Source: Bilabrum cf. latius | Lineage: Eukaryota | Reading direction: 5' to 3' | Assembly: GCA_965178125.1 (NCBI GenBank) | Contig: OZ237765.1 | Span: forward strand, 434,001 to 498,000 | Length of the DNA: 64,000 bases | In this document: positions 38,314 through 50,602 of the stretch, in pieces | Layout of the letters: every line of letters starts with the position of its first letter | How positions within the stretch are numbered: the first letter of the stretch is position 1 | The notes under the pieces: generated by a model | The model's input: only the letters and a program-made list of their open reading frames with translations | What the model was told of the DNA's origin: nothing | The model's database searches: none | Program-made: the position numbers and the translations under genes

Positions 38314-38758
38314 GACCAGCAACACTGCACACACAACAACACCACACTGCTCAACACAATGCATGCAGATGACACAACGTAAAGCTGTAATGATGCGGCA
38401 CAGCACTATGATCTTAATATACTTGTAGCGTTCCTGGTATCTTAGTGGTGGACTTGTGGACAACTAAAGCCCAAGTCTCGCTCTTTCTGGGCATATCACA
38501 GAACTGCTTCGTAACACAGATTAAACTGCCGTGTACCACCCAAGTAGCGTTTTGTACGTCAAATTGTCATAATACAAGCGAAGCAAATCAATGGATTGCC
38601 GCCTTGGCGTCTCAGGCCCAGCTCTAGGTCGAGCATTTCACGCTCCGGCGTCACCTGCCGGGCCATTTGCCTGAGCAAAGAGAATATCAGATGCACTCTC
38701 CAGAGCTGCAGTGTACCCAAGACTACGGCGGAAAGGCTGACCGAGTGCATGGCTTTGG

Positions 38759-40288
38759 TCAGTTGCCTTCAGCGGAAGGAGCTCCTGCTCCGCTCCCAGA
38801 GGCCGGCGCCCCTGGGTCGGTCCCGTCGGCTCCCGCCGCATCTACGTCGGCACCCGCACCGCTGCCATCGCCAGTCGCAGCAGGAGGACGAGGTGGTGGA
38901 CGCGGTGGGACTCTTCCCGCTGCAGTTGCAGGACGGGGCGGTGGAGGAGGAGGCACCGGGATTCCTGCAGGGGGTACAGCCCCGACAGCACGGTATGCCC
39001 GGGCGAGCACAGAGACGCACTCGGGATGGCCGTTGTAATGCGCTGCTTCGATGGCGAGCATCTGCTGCCCATTTGGTCCTGGGGGACAGAGGGTCTACAG
39101 GGCTCCTGCCTCAACGCCGAGCTTGAGCCGTTTTTCCAGCTCCATTGGACGGCCTTCAGCGGCCATCTAGCACACTAGCTTGGTATCAGCGCGAGCTTGG
39201 ACGACGTGCCTCCACTCTTCCAGTGCGAGTCCACGGAAGTAGAACATTTTGGCCGCATCGCGCAAGGTTATACTTGCGACATCGGGTTTCCAGATTGACA
39301 CGCACTGAACCAGATTTTGCTTCCGCCGGAGTACCTACTTGTTCCAGGCCTTGTTGTGTTCGGGATGAGGATGGGCAAAGAAGTCGGGGTCCTGGGGTGC
39401 AGCTTGGCCGGCCGCCGGGGTCTTTATCAAGCCGAGTTCTGCAATGACGCGCAGGCCAAGCTGAACCTCGCTCATGAGCCCGATCTCTCCTGAAGCTGAT
39501 GTAGCTTGCTCACGAACGTCTGCGTTCATACACTCTCGCGCAAGCACCGAAAGACACTTGGCCTCGGCTTTCATGTCCGATCTGGCCGCAACACGATCAG
39601 CCCGCCTTCGGTCGTATCATGTATACGAACTAAGCTGAGAATTCAGCCAATTGAGCTTGAGAGCATCAGCCATAGCCTCTCTGGTAGCCATGCCAAGAAG
39701 CCCCGGCTGGGGTTTGGCGGCGCCTGCGCCTCCGGTTGCTGCTGGGGAGGTCGGTGCAGTTTGGAGCAACCGGATGACAGCGGGTGCTTTCGCGCCCATT
39801 TCAGCTCCTTGTAGCTCAACCTTGAAATCATGGGAAGTTCCACTGCGTGAGTTGCGCACAGTGGCCAGGAATGTGAGTTGCTTAGGTTCAGACGTTGAGG
39901 ACGTTCCGGCGATAGCTGCATCGGAAGTCAGCACAACTTGAACAGATTCCAGCCGAACTTGAGCAGGGGTACTGCCTTCAATGGTCAATGTGCATGCATC
40001 ACTTTGCACTTCGAGGAATGCTCTCTGCTTTTTACCGCATAATCCCTCAAACTTGAAACTAAAGCCACCTTCGTGATGGGCGCGTGCACGCGCCATCATC
40101 GCTTCACGACGGCTTCCACGCATGTTAATCGAGACAACCCCTACAGGCATCATTAAAAGACATATCAGAATCATGACGATACGTGACAGCGAATGCATTT
40201 GTCGGTCTCCTTTGGCTTTGGCAGCAGAATTGTGGAACGAAACTGCCGTTGTCAGCATCCCGGCTGGTGGTCGCACCTTCGTCATCAA
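38759..40288 (-). CDS. Ankyrin-like repeat protein, possibly a pseudogene or two genes (one in-frame TGA at 39617)
   Basis: ORFs 39617..40288, 39335..39574 and 38759..39061 share one frame. Reading TAG as Gln gives MAAEGRPMELEKRLKLG...AIEAAHYNGHPECVSVL, homologous to the neighbouring plus-strand ankyrin-like genes. Confidence 0.5.
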
Positions 40289-40353
40289 CCAGCAAAAGCT
40301 TGCCCTGGTGCGATCATAGATCCAATTTTTGGCTTTTTGGGTTTTTAAACCGA

Positions 40354-41922
40354 ATGTATTACTCTGGCAATATAAAGCTGGTGCTCATGTAGGTGACATT
40401 ACGCGCAAAGGGCTCCTCGTATTGGCAGCTATCAGAATCGGGAACGAGTGCAACTTTAGTAACTGGCTTTCCATTTCGCAGGTGCGCTAGCGATGATGCG
40501 AGTGTAGAAGAATTTAGTGACACAGTTAGCAGATTTCCAGTCAAGCATGATCCTCGCAAAAGCGGTCTTGAAGCTGTGGTAAGTTTGCATTGATTCCTTC
40601 GAGATTCGAGTGGCCTGGCCAGACATTACATAGCGCTTGGCGCCGACCTTTTACTTGAATAGTTGAATATAGCCTTGCCTCACGACGCTATAGCATGCAG
40701 GTGCATCGATTCATTCGAAGGGGGCGCATGGATCTGCTGGAAGCAGCTCTTCAGCGAGGCTATGAAATGCATGGTCGTCCTTTATCCGAAGAAGAGATTA
40801 CGAAACAGGTTTATCCTGGAATGGTATGATGTAATTGCACTGGATGAATACCTCTCGTTGGTGCTTCGATCTCTCTGATTGTTCTTGCCCTACCTCTGTG
40901 TCTGCTTCTGATTTCAGACATGGGCGCCCACATCATTCGCTTTGGCATCTTGTCGGCCATATGCATCAACGCAAGTCATTCGACAGCTCGTCAGGCATGG
41001 AGGCGACGCCACGTGGGATGATTGCAATCCGGTAAGTTGCAATGACAGGACCAGTGATTGCAGCAGCCGAAAGAGACGATTGCCTTGCAGGTTGCATTGC
41101 TCTCCTTCTTGACGAACTGCAGAGGGAAGTACCCATTATCCTAGCTAGCGATCCTGATTGTGTGAGACTTCTCATCGAGCTTGGATGCAGTTCGAACGCG
41201 AGAATCTCTCGTCAATTCGCTAGGAAGTCTGGTTACGGTCTCAAAATCGTGAGGTACCATGCGGTCAAGATATTGAAGTTGCTTTATTAATGGTATCCAT
41301 TCATCTTCATACGTGCTTGTGGTACCGCAACAACTCGCAGACATCAGCAACAGCTCTCCACTCGAAAGTATTTGCACTGTACTGCGACAGAAGCAAGTTT
41401 TCACCAACCCCCGCGGATACTGTCCAGTGCGCTGCCGAGCTGCTTGCCGCTGATGCCGATCCATGTGCGCGCACAGCCGAAGGCTGGACGACGTTGAAAG
41501 CCCTTCGGCATCGGAGGTGCCCCCCTGTGCCGTGTCTCGAGAAGGCATTGGAACGGTGCGAGGGGGACAGCCGCAAGTGCTTGCAGCTGCTATTCGATCA
41601 CGACTAGGACGGCTGGCTGGCACGGAGGAGGCTGGTGCACCCGCGAGTGCGAGCCATGCTGGATCACAGGCGGGCCCATGAGGCACACAGGGATGCAAGG
41701 CTGCTGTTCCAGGCAGCCGCGGAGGGGAGGCCCATGGAATTGGCCAAGCGTATGGTGCTGGGCAAGCTGGCTGGCGGCCTAGATGCAGTCTAGCAAGTCA
41801 AAGGCGAGGCGGGCGAGCTCCGCGCCATGACGGCGCTGGAGGCGGCCCGCATGGGGGGCCACGAGGAGTGTGCCAGGATCGCCTCCGATGAGCTGTGCCT
41901 GATGGGCAGGGGAAGGCTGTGA
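40354..41922 (+). CDS. Ankyrin-like repeat protein, tandem copy A (exon structure of 5' half unresolved)
   Basis: DCVRLLIELGCSSN, CAAELLAADADPCART.EG.T, TALEAARMGGHEECARI. TAGs at 41605 and 41790 read through to TGA at 41920. Confidence 0.6.
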
Positions 41923-43939
41923 AAGCGCATTCAAGCAGGGCCACAGAATGTGGGTTGTATCGTAAAGACTGTGCTGACGCATCCAGATTGTGACAAGTGA
42001 GATCGCACCATCATCGCACGGCGACGGCTGCCACGAATTTGGTATGACATCGATCCATACGCCAGCAGTAGAATACACGCCACGAACAACTGTGTGCGCG
42101 CCGTAACAAGGTAAATCTAGTTGTCCAAGGTTTGGAATGGTTCGAGAATATGTTCCGGTTCATTCGTGAAACTGCCGCGCTGTGCTCGTCACCGTCTCAT
42201 CTTGGGAGTGTCACCCTTCGAGTCACTGCAGCAAAATTGGCGTGTTTCTAAGTTACAAAAAACTAAAGTTATTCGGATTGATTAACGAAGCATGTCGTCC
42301 GCCAAAAACTTGTAGCATTTGGTCATGTATGTTGAGACCCTACCTTATTCGATGCGAATGCCATGGTACGGACTCTATCCGCTTGTGATCGCCGCTAACT
42401 CCCTTCCCAGATGCGTTGATATGAGTAGAGATACGAGCATGCTAGATATAGCAATTGATAAGCTACCAGTTACCAGCGATCCACAAAAAAATGGATTGCA
42501 ACCGGTCGTGAGCTCGCATCTACCACTCTAATATGCCGGAAGGTGTTATGCAATGCAACTTGATAAGTGTCCCTCTTTGCATTCAATCTGAACGTGGAGC
42601 AGGTTTCGAGACTGCTCCGCCGTTGTCGTGCAGACCTTCTCGGGGCCGCCTTGCAGCGTGGGTATGAGATGTAGGGCCGTCCGATTATGCGGGGGGCGAG
42701 AGAGTTTCCCCACGACAGTTTGCGTCAGGTATGATACTCTTGCTTGCTGGAAGATGCTAGTGAAAAAACTTGATCACCGATTGATGAATGGTATCTCGGA
42801 CGTGCATGTATTTTGGTTCGTGCAGACATGGAGCTCAACGGCATTCATGATGGCATCGTGCCCACCACACGGATCGGTTTCAAGTATCTAGGCGCTGGTC
42901 AAACACGGTGGGGACCCAACGTGGGATGATGAGCAGCCAGTGAGATATGCCAGTGGTGCCAGCATTTGGTGGTCGTCGTAGTCTTCATGCAGCATTCATC
43001 AGGCTTGTCTCAGCTGTGCAGCACCAACTTAATTCAAAACAGAGAGAAAAACCATTAGTTGTGGCAGCTGATCCGGGCTGCGTGAGACGGCTCGTTGAAT
43101 TGGGGTGCAAACCGAATTGCAGAAACCCGCGCCTGTTCGTTTGGGGGAACTGGAATCCATAGACGACAGGACCAATAATTGTGAGAGTATAGTTTATTTT
43201 GATTCAGTCCAACATACCGATTGCTGTGCATCTCATGATCTGGACACATAGTTTGAGCATCGCAGACTAACGCAACAGCTTTGCACGCAAAAGTGTTCGC
43301 GATGTTCTGCAGCAGAGATTATCCGGACGATGTAATAAAGCCAGTAAATTGCCTTCAGTGTGTTGCCGAGCTGCTTGCCGCTGGTGCGGATCCATGTGCG
43401 CGCACAGCCGAAGGCGCAACTCCACTTGACGCCCTCCGGCACCCGGGATGCCCCCCTGTGCCGTGTCTCGAGAAGGCATTGGAACGGTGCGAGGGGGACA
43501 GCCGCAAGTGCTTGCAGCTGCTATTCGATCACGACTAGGACGGCTGGCTGGCACGGAGGAGGCTGGTGCACCCGCGAGTGCGGGCCATGCTGGATCACAG
43601 GCGGGCCCATGAGGCGCACAGGGATGCAAGGCTGCTGTTCCAGGCAGCCGCGGAGGGGAGGCCCATGGAAATGGCCAAGCGTATGGTACTGGGCAAGCTG
43701 GCTGGCGGCCTAGATGCAGTCTAGCAAGTCAAAGGCGAGGCGGGCGAGCTCCGCGCCATGACGGCGCTGGAGGCGGCCCGCATGGGGGGCCACGAGGAGT
43801 GCGCCAGGATCGCTTCCGATGCGCTGTGCCTGATGGGCAGGGGAAGGCTGTGAAAGCGCATTCAAGCAGGGCCACAGAATATGAGTTGTATCGTAAAGAC
43901 TGTGCTGACGCATCCAGATTGTGACTAGCGAGATCGCAG
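41423..43939 (+). repeat. Direct repeat pair, about 41423..42008 and 43354..43939 (offset 1931)
   Basis: Near-identical sequence from tgcccccctgtgccg through the stop codon and 3' flank to gagatcgca. Confidence 0.92.
42325..43853 (+). CDS. Ankyrin-like repeat protein, tandem copy B (exon structure of 5' half unresolved)
   Basis: GCVRRLVELGCKPN, CVAELLAAGADPCARTAEGATPL. Same 3' exon as copy A. TGA at 43851. Confidence 0.6.
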
Positions 43940-43944
43940 CCCTT

Positions 43945-44051
43945 TAGCTTCATCATGGTGCATGCGGAGTACCAGTGCCAGCCTGCCTGAGGGGTGCGGC
44001 AGTAGCTTCATGGTGCATGCGGAGTACCAGTGCCAACCTGTCTGAGGGGTG
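43945..44051. repeat. Two-copy tandem duplication of about 55 bp
   Basis: catggtgcatgcggagtaccagtgcca.cctg.ctgaggggtg occurs twice in tandem. Confidence 0.85.
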
Positions 44052-44223
44052 TGATAGCGCCGTGAGCGATTGTTATCGGCATTCAGTCCATGGGCATGAG
44101 CTGACGTTCCATCACAGAAATGGAATCATGCTGTGTACTGCAGTCTCAACCTCAAACAGCGATGTATTCGACATCGTATTCGCCGCCACCGCGCTACCAG
44201 CATAAGCAGTCTGGCCCTGCCAT

Positions 44224-44264
44224 TGCCACTGCCACTGCCACTGCCACTGCCACTGCCACTGCCA
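44224..44264. repeat. (TGCCAC)n microsatellite
   Basis: Six to seven tandem tgccac units just beyond the stop of the 44273..44863 gene. Confidence 0.9.
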
Positions 44265-44272
44265 GCGGTCCA

Positions 44273-44863
44273 TCAGAGTTCCTCGCTGCGGCCTGGAGCA
44301 ACATCGCGAGCTGGCTCTTGGGCAGCTGCGCTTCTTTCTTCGCTTGGCACATTGTCCTCGTATAGCTTCCGAGCTCTGGCTCGCTCTTCTTGCACGTGGG
44401 GAGCGGCGACCGTCGCATGGAAGACGAACGATGAGGCGGGCAGCGGCCCGAGCTCTCTAAGAGGTCCCTCCGCGGTGGCATGGCCTGCTTGCTTTGCACC
44501 AGCAGTTGCTTCCAGCAGCATTTGCACCGGCGACGATGAAGGCTCGCTAGCAATGGTTGCGCCACCCTCAACTGCGCTGGCTATTTCAAGTGCAACGGTG
44601 GTGCCCGCCTGCAACCCTTCATCTTGACTTGGGCCGGCACTTCGGGTGATCACACGGCCAATCTAACCCTTTGTAAGCTCAAGAGTCATGTCAGAGCCGA
44701 GGCATTTAACTCTTGCAACCGAATAAAGCACGTTTTGGTTCTCTTCGTGAACATCAAACTCGTCCACAGCTATTACCCAAGCATCAATCAGTGCCGCGTT
44801 CGAAGCGTGAACCAAAATGATGAAAAAACTAAATGCTAGCCACTGCGCTATGGGTGTCGACAT
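44273..44863 (-). CDS. Small secretory-pathway protein (196 aa), C-terminal SEEL
   Basis: Signal peptide MSTPIAQWLAFSFFIILVHASNA. ORFs 44663..44863 and 44273..44653 are in frame across one TAG. Ends ...RSEEL-TGA, which resembles an ER-retention signal. Confidence 0.6.
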
Positions 44864-45100
44864 GCCGTGTGGTCGTGCGGAAACTACTTTCTGTCAACGT
44901 TTTTGATGTGACGAGAGCCTGGCCCCGGGAATGCTACTGCGGTGGCGAAAGCACTTTAGCTCACGTGGGCGAAGGGTATTAGGTCCCACGGTTTGGCCAG
45001 TCGTACATTTACCATATAACCTAGGCTTTTGTGAAAGGCAGTACGACACTGGCGGGTCGAACGGGTCGTAATTGAATTTGTATATTGAACCGATCGTTGA

Positions 45101-48100
45101 ATGTGTGGCCTCGATGCAGGATCCAGTTCCTCCACTGGACGAGTTGCAATTTTTGTTGCAATCGCTGCTGTGGTGGCTGCAGTCGGGGCATGGAAGGAGG
45201 CTTGCATTGCCGCCATCCTGCGCAACGTTGGAAGCCTTTGGACGTTTCTGCCCATGCTATCCTTCAGCGACGAAGGAATCATTTTGCTTCCATTATTACT
45301 TGCCGTATCGGTCCTTTTTACTGCTGGCGTCTGGTTTGTGGTACAGGCGCACAGGGCAGGAGTGGTCAAGGCCATATTGGACCAAATCATGGGACCTTAT
45401 CGTCTTGGCAAACCATTGCTAAAAGACGCCATGCAAGGGGCTTTAGAGGATGCGGTGCTTCTTACCTTTGCGCAAACTGCGCTTCGCATTATTTGGTCCT
45501 GGGTGCTGGCCGAGTTCGCCCCAAAGTGGAGCCTCGCCGCGTGGCATCCTGGCGCGTTCGGGGCCGCCCGCGAGGACGACCTCCTCGCGCCTGCTGGTAG
45601 CGCATCCATCCAGGCCGGACTCGAAGATATTGACCGGATTGAATATGCGCCTTACAATCACGGCGGGATCGGGTCAAGCACCGCCGCGACGGTGGCCGGC
45701 GGGTGCTTGCACGCTGCCTGCGCGCTGCTGGTGATCGGCATCGACACCAAGTTCTTCCAGGCGCAGTCGCAGGCCGGCGCGGAGCTCGACGTCCCGGGAC
45801 ATGCTGATGATGCCGACGAAGAGGATCGCGGTGGCAGGCGCGGTGAGGATGCTGGGGATGGCGTGGACGGGGGCACCGAGGGCGGGCACGAGGCGGGCAC
45901 GAGGGCGGCGGCAGCGGGCGCGGCCGCCTCCGTGTTCCGGTTTGCGGTAGAAACAGCAAGCCTGCCTGGTGTGGCTTTCGCTTGCCTGGCGTTCGCGCAG
46001 GGCTTTGCGGTGCTGCTTCCGGTCTGGCAGTGGGCTGGGCTCAGCTTTGCGCAGTGCTTCGTGCTGGCGTGCTCGTACGGCCTGCCAGTCACTCTGCTTG
46101 GGTACATTTAGATTCGCACGCTGGAGCTGGCCAAGGAGTACATTGCAGAACAACGGACGCTAGACAGCCGCCGTGTTGCCACGGAAGCCGTGGGGGAAGA
46201 CCCGACGGCCGGGATGTCGGTGGCCGGCTCCATCAAGCACACTCTGCTGTGGGTCGTGGGTCTGCGGCGCGGAGGCCACGGATACGACCAGTGCTCGATG
46301 CTCTGCGGCGCCGGGTAGCTGGCCAGCTTCACGCGGTATGCGGCTGTGAATGCCGTGCTGCTCACCTCTTCGTGGTTTGTTCTGAGCAGAGCAAGCTCGT
46401 TGGGTGCGGTTGCACTGGGCTCTGTTGCGATCGACGGGAAGTGCTCCCTCTCCGATGCCACGATCGCGCGCGTGCAGCTGGGCCTGAACCCAGACACAGT
46501 GGCGGAGCAGCAGCTGCGCCTCCGCAGCAACGATGGTGCGGCAAGCTTGCAATGCGCGGGTATGGACCCGCATGAAAGCCTCATGTACACGCGGGAATCG
46601 ACAGACTGGGACAACTAGGCATTCCCTGCTGGCGGGCGTTTCGGGGGCAGGCATGGCATCAGTGGCAGCGGGCGGTTAGGTGGCTCTCGGTACTCTGGCG
46701 GTGCATACAACGGGCAGTCCCAAAGGGGCACAGAGAAGTTTCTGCAGGCACTGGCGCGCAAGCAGTCGCTGTCACCGAGCACCACGGTGACGCTGCCCTC
46801 GTGTCTCGTGTCCGCGTATCGCGACGAAGAGAGGCACGCGAGGGCTGCGGTCGAGGAGAAAATGCAACAGAAGCTGGAACACGAGTAGCAGGCCATGGGC
46901 TCCGACCCCATCTACCAGCAGAGGTACCGCATCGTGATCAACAGGCTGGGTCTCGAAGCGGACCAGCAGAGAGAGGTGGAGGAGGCAAGCCGGCAGGAGA
47001 TGGTGCGCCTGCAAAACAGGTTCCGCGTCTTGCACAGCCCGATCCTGTCTGACCTCGGCTGGAATCTCACGAGGCATTAGCAGGTGCTCATGGAGGAAGC
47101 ACCGAGTCTGCGGAGGCGGGTGCTGCCCGGCCGGCCAGCGCCCAATCCGCGGGATTGTCCCAGCGCAGGGCCTGTTTGGCTTCCAGCGAGATGGAGCGAT
47201 TACCAGGCCAGCGCTCCCAGTTTCGCCAGCGTGCAAGCTTGCTTCAACGTGACCAGAGAGGTGGAGGAAACCGTCGAAACGACGCGCCGCCTGGTCACCA
47301 GGAAAATCAAGCTGTCCCTCCCACGGCTGGATCCTGAGACCGGTGAAGAACTCGACCCGCCAGAGGTGGTAAAGGTGGTGGCCCACCTCTCGCCAGAGGA
47401 GATCAACCGTGCCAAGCAGGGCCTCCTCGGTTCAGTCGAGGCCTGGAGGCTTGTCAGAGAGTCGGTAGATTTAGACGGCAATCCAATTCCAAGGTTCGAG
47501 CCAGCCGTCTAGACAGAGTTGCACAACGTCACTACTCTAGAGTGCAGGCACGGGCAGGTTGCGAGCCCGCGTGCGGACCTGCCTAGCCAGCCCTTCCATT
47601 TCATGGGGCTGCCGTCGCTAACGGGTGGGCTCGGTACAGTCGTGGTCATCCCGCTGGTCTCTGACCTCGTGGAGATTGTGGCTGTCCTGCTCCCCGTCCT
47701 GTTGCTGCTCGTCCTGATTCTGTGGTATGCTCACGCCGTGTACATTCTGTACCTGCACTCCTCGATCCTGTATCTGGAGGTGGAATCAATCAGAGTCGAC
47801 ATGGGCTCGCTATCGATGGAGGAGTCCCCTCGGCTCGACTCGTTGCGCTCTTCGGCTGCTGAGACGGTATTCCGGTGGCTTTCTGACGCCATGCATAAAG
47901 CCTACCAGCAAGGCAGGGCCCGATCGGATGCGCCCGGCCCGACCGAGGCGAGCGGTGTGGCCCGAGCTGAGGTGGAGCATCGCACTGGGGGGGGCAGTGA
48001 AAATGGCGCAATGCATGGAGGTCCCGAGAGGCGCGCTGCAGCTGCACCTGACAGCAGGCTTTCAAGCCGTGCAGATCGCGCGACGGCCACAGACGTCACA

Positions 48101-50350
48101 GGAACGGTAGGCTCCTCGGCCGTGGGGAACGAGGCATCTGTAGACACACATTGGGGCGCCAGTTTTGGCATAAAGGATGGCCAGGAACTGAGCCACCTTG
48201 CCGCATCAGCTGGGGTCACGTTGCATGGGCTGGTGACAGACGTGCGGCGAGTGATGGGCGGCAAGCAACACTTCATCTTTCAGGCGAGGCTACAGGTCAG
48301 GGTCCGCAACGAATCGGAGGCTCCCCTGTCCCTAGGAAAATGGGTCGTGGAGCTGTTCCAGCACTACAGAGGTAAGCCCGCTGCTCGGCTGGTCCGAATG
48401 GACGTGGATCCTGTCGATGTTCCTGGCAAGTCTGACATTGCAAAGATGACCGCAGGCGGGGATAGCGATGGGTTTGTGGAAGTCGCTGTGCCTGTCAAGG
48501 TCGACATGAAGCTGCCAGGATTTGACACGGTTCAGGCCGTGGCTGGACAGCTCGTGAGGGGCGGGCATGGCAGGGCTCGGCACGGCGACTCGACCGGAGT
48601 GGTGGTTCGAGCCACGTACGATGCAGCGCCAGCGTGGGGCATCCGGTACGGGATCAACATACTTGACACTCGCTCCGACACGTCCTCGAATCTCTTTAGC
48701 GCAATCAAGGCGCGAGCTCGCGATGCCTCGCGTGATGAGAGCCTGCTGTTGGCAGCCGCCGACAAGGTCCGGGCATACTCTGAGGAGCTGCAGCACGAGG
48801 TAGGCAAGTCGATGCTTCCCTCCGGTCCCACGCGCAGTACAGCCAACAGGAAAGAGGTCGCCGCGCAGCTAAGGCTTTACTCGAGCAAATCGCACCTGCT
48901 TGAACGCACGCTGCAGGCAATGAAGCGACGGGTCAGCGCAGCAATCACGAAGCAGACACGCAACCGGGGAATCGAGGGCCAGATGAGGCGCGTGCAGCAG
49001 TGCATTCGGCTGAAGGACCTGCAGTCGCTGCTGAACACGCTCTGGAAGCGGCTATCTGACTGCGGAGGACAGCAGGGCCGGCGTGGGCGCAGACGGGCGG
49101 ATGACGACGAGGGTGACGAAGTGGATGGGCACGGTGAGGTGGAGGAGGTGGTGCAGGGGCAGGTGCTGGAGGATTTGATGTACGGAGATGAGGAAGAAGG
49201 TGGCGCCAATGCGTGGGTAGACGTGTTTGGTCGTTGGATCGGGGGGCAGGAGAGGCGGCGCCGTGCCAGGGTGCTGATTGCGGGCGCACCTCAGTTCCTG
49301 CACATGCTGCGCGCGGCCGAGTGCATCAGCTCGATGCACCTGTGCGAGCGGAAGCTGGTCGAGTTGGAAGCACTGCCAGAGCATCGTGTGAAGACCGGGA
49401 GGCGGCTTGTGTTCGCGCTCTCGTCCATCATGCAGATGTACTACTCGACACTGGTCGCGGCTTTCCGAGAGAGAGCCGACCCGATGGAGGCGCTCGTAGT
49501 GAGCGTGCTGATGCTGTGCATGCAGCAGCTGGCTCTGCAGGACGGGCAGCAGTAGGAAGAAAACAGGGGCAAGGAAGATGGGGGAACACGCCAGATCGAA
49601 GGTGGAAATGGGGCTCATGCCGGCAAGACGGGCACGATCGAGGGTGGGTCTGCCCGACGCCATGGCTCAAGTGGAAGGTCAGGGGGCACGTGGGGAGGGC
49701 CTGATGTGGGCAAGGGCGCGGCAGTCGCTAGCCAGGACGAAGAGGAAGACGAAGACACAGACGTAGTTTTGGCTCGCGGTGAGGATCGACTGAGTGCATC
49801 CGGAGCCTGGGCGGGTGTCATCGACGAGCCGGCTGCCGGCAGTCCAGCTGATGTGCAGGCCTTGCAGATGGACCAGAGCGGCAGCCAAGTCGATCCAAAC
49901 CCCCACGGCGATTTTGCAGCGGACTTGAGCCTGTATGGTGCGAGCGCTGGCCTTGCACAAGATGAGATCAGCCCGGAGCACAGTCAGCCCAGCGTCCACC
50001 AGGCCGACAGCAGCGGCAGCAGAGCGAATGTCGGTGGCACAGCGAGCGGCATCCAAGTCGAGCACGGTGCCGGGGGTGAGTGGACTGCTTCGTTGGAACA
50101 GGGCCGTGGTGGGTCCGGGGATGCGGGGCAGTCGGTGTCACAGACGGTGCTCTCCCGTGTTGGATCAGATGGTCTGCCACCGGTCTATTCTGCCGGCGGT
50201 CCCAGCGAGGCCGCTGGCAGCGACGGTCAGAGTGGAGATGTGGAGGAAGGTGTGAGTGGCTAGGATGAGGATGAGTTGCATGTGGATGAAGTGGGTGAGG
50301 ATGAGGAGGATGAGGAGGATGAGGAGGATGAAGATGGGCATGGGGATTGA
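45101..50350 (+). CDS. Large multi-pass membrane protein (~1750 aa) with acidic tail, function unknown
   Basis: Plus ORFs starting 45101, 46346, 46895, 47084, 47519 and 49706 share one frame. Gaps contain only TAG (46109, 46316, 46616, 46886, 47078, 47510, 49553, 50261). TGA at 50348. Possible LEA_2-like beta domain near 48230-48650. Confidence 0.75.
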
Positions 50351-50602
50351 TTGTTGCCAGGTGAAGCCAGTGAGGTATGCCTGCGTGTGCGGGGCCAATT
50401 TTCATGCATTTGAATCGAAATGTCTTAGCCGGTGGGCTCATTAGCCCTATTTTTGTTTCAGCTTGACTGACCTTCGTTTGGCCGTGGTGCAAGCGTCAGG
50501 AGGAACCTCGAACCCGCCGGAACGAACCCAAGCCGAACCCCACCAGCATGGATGGTCAAAGCTTTCGCATATCGCAATACGTATAGCCTAGAATAAGCAA
50601 AT

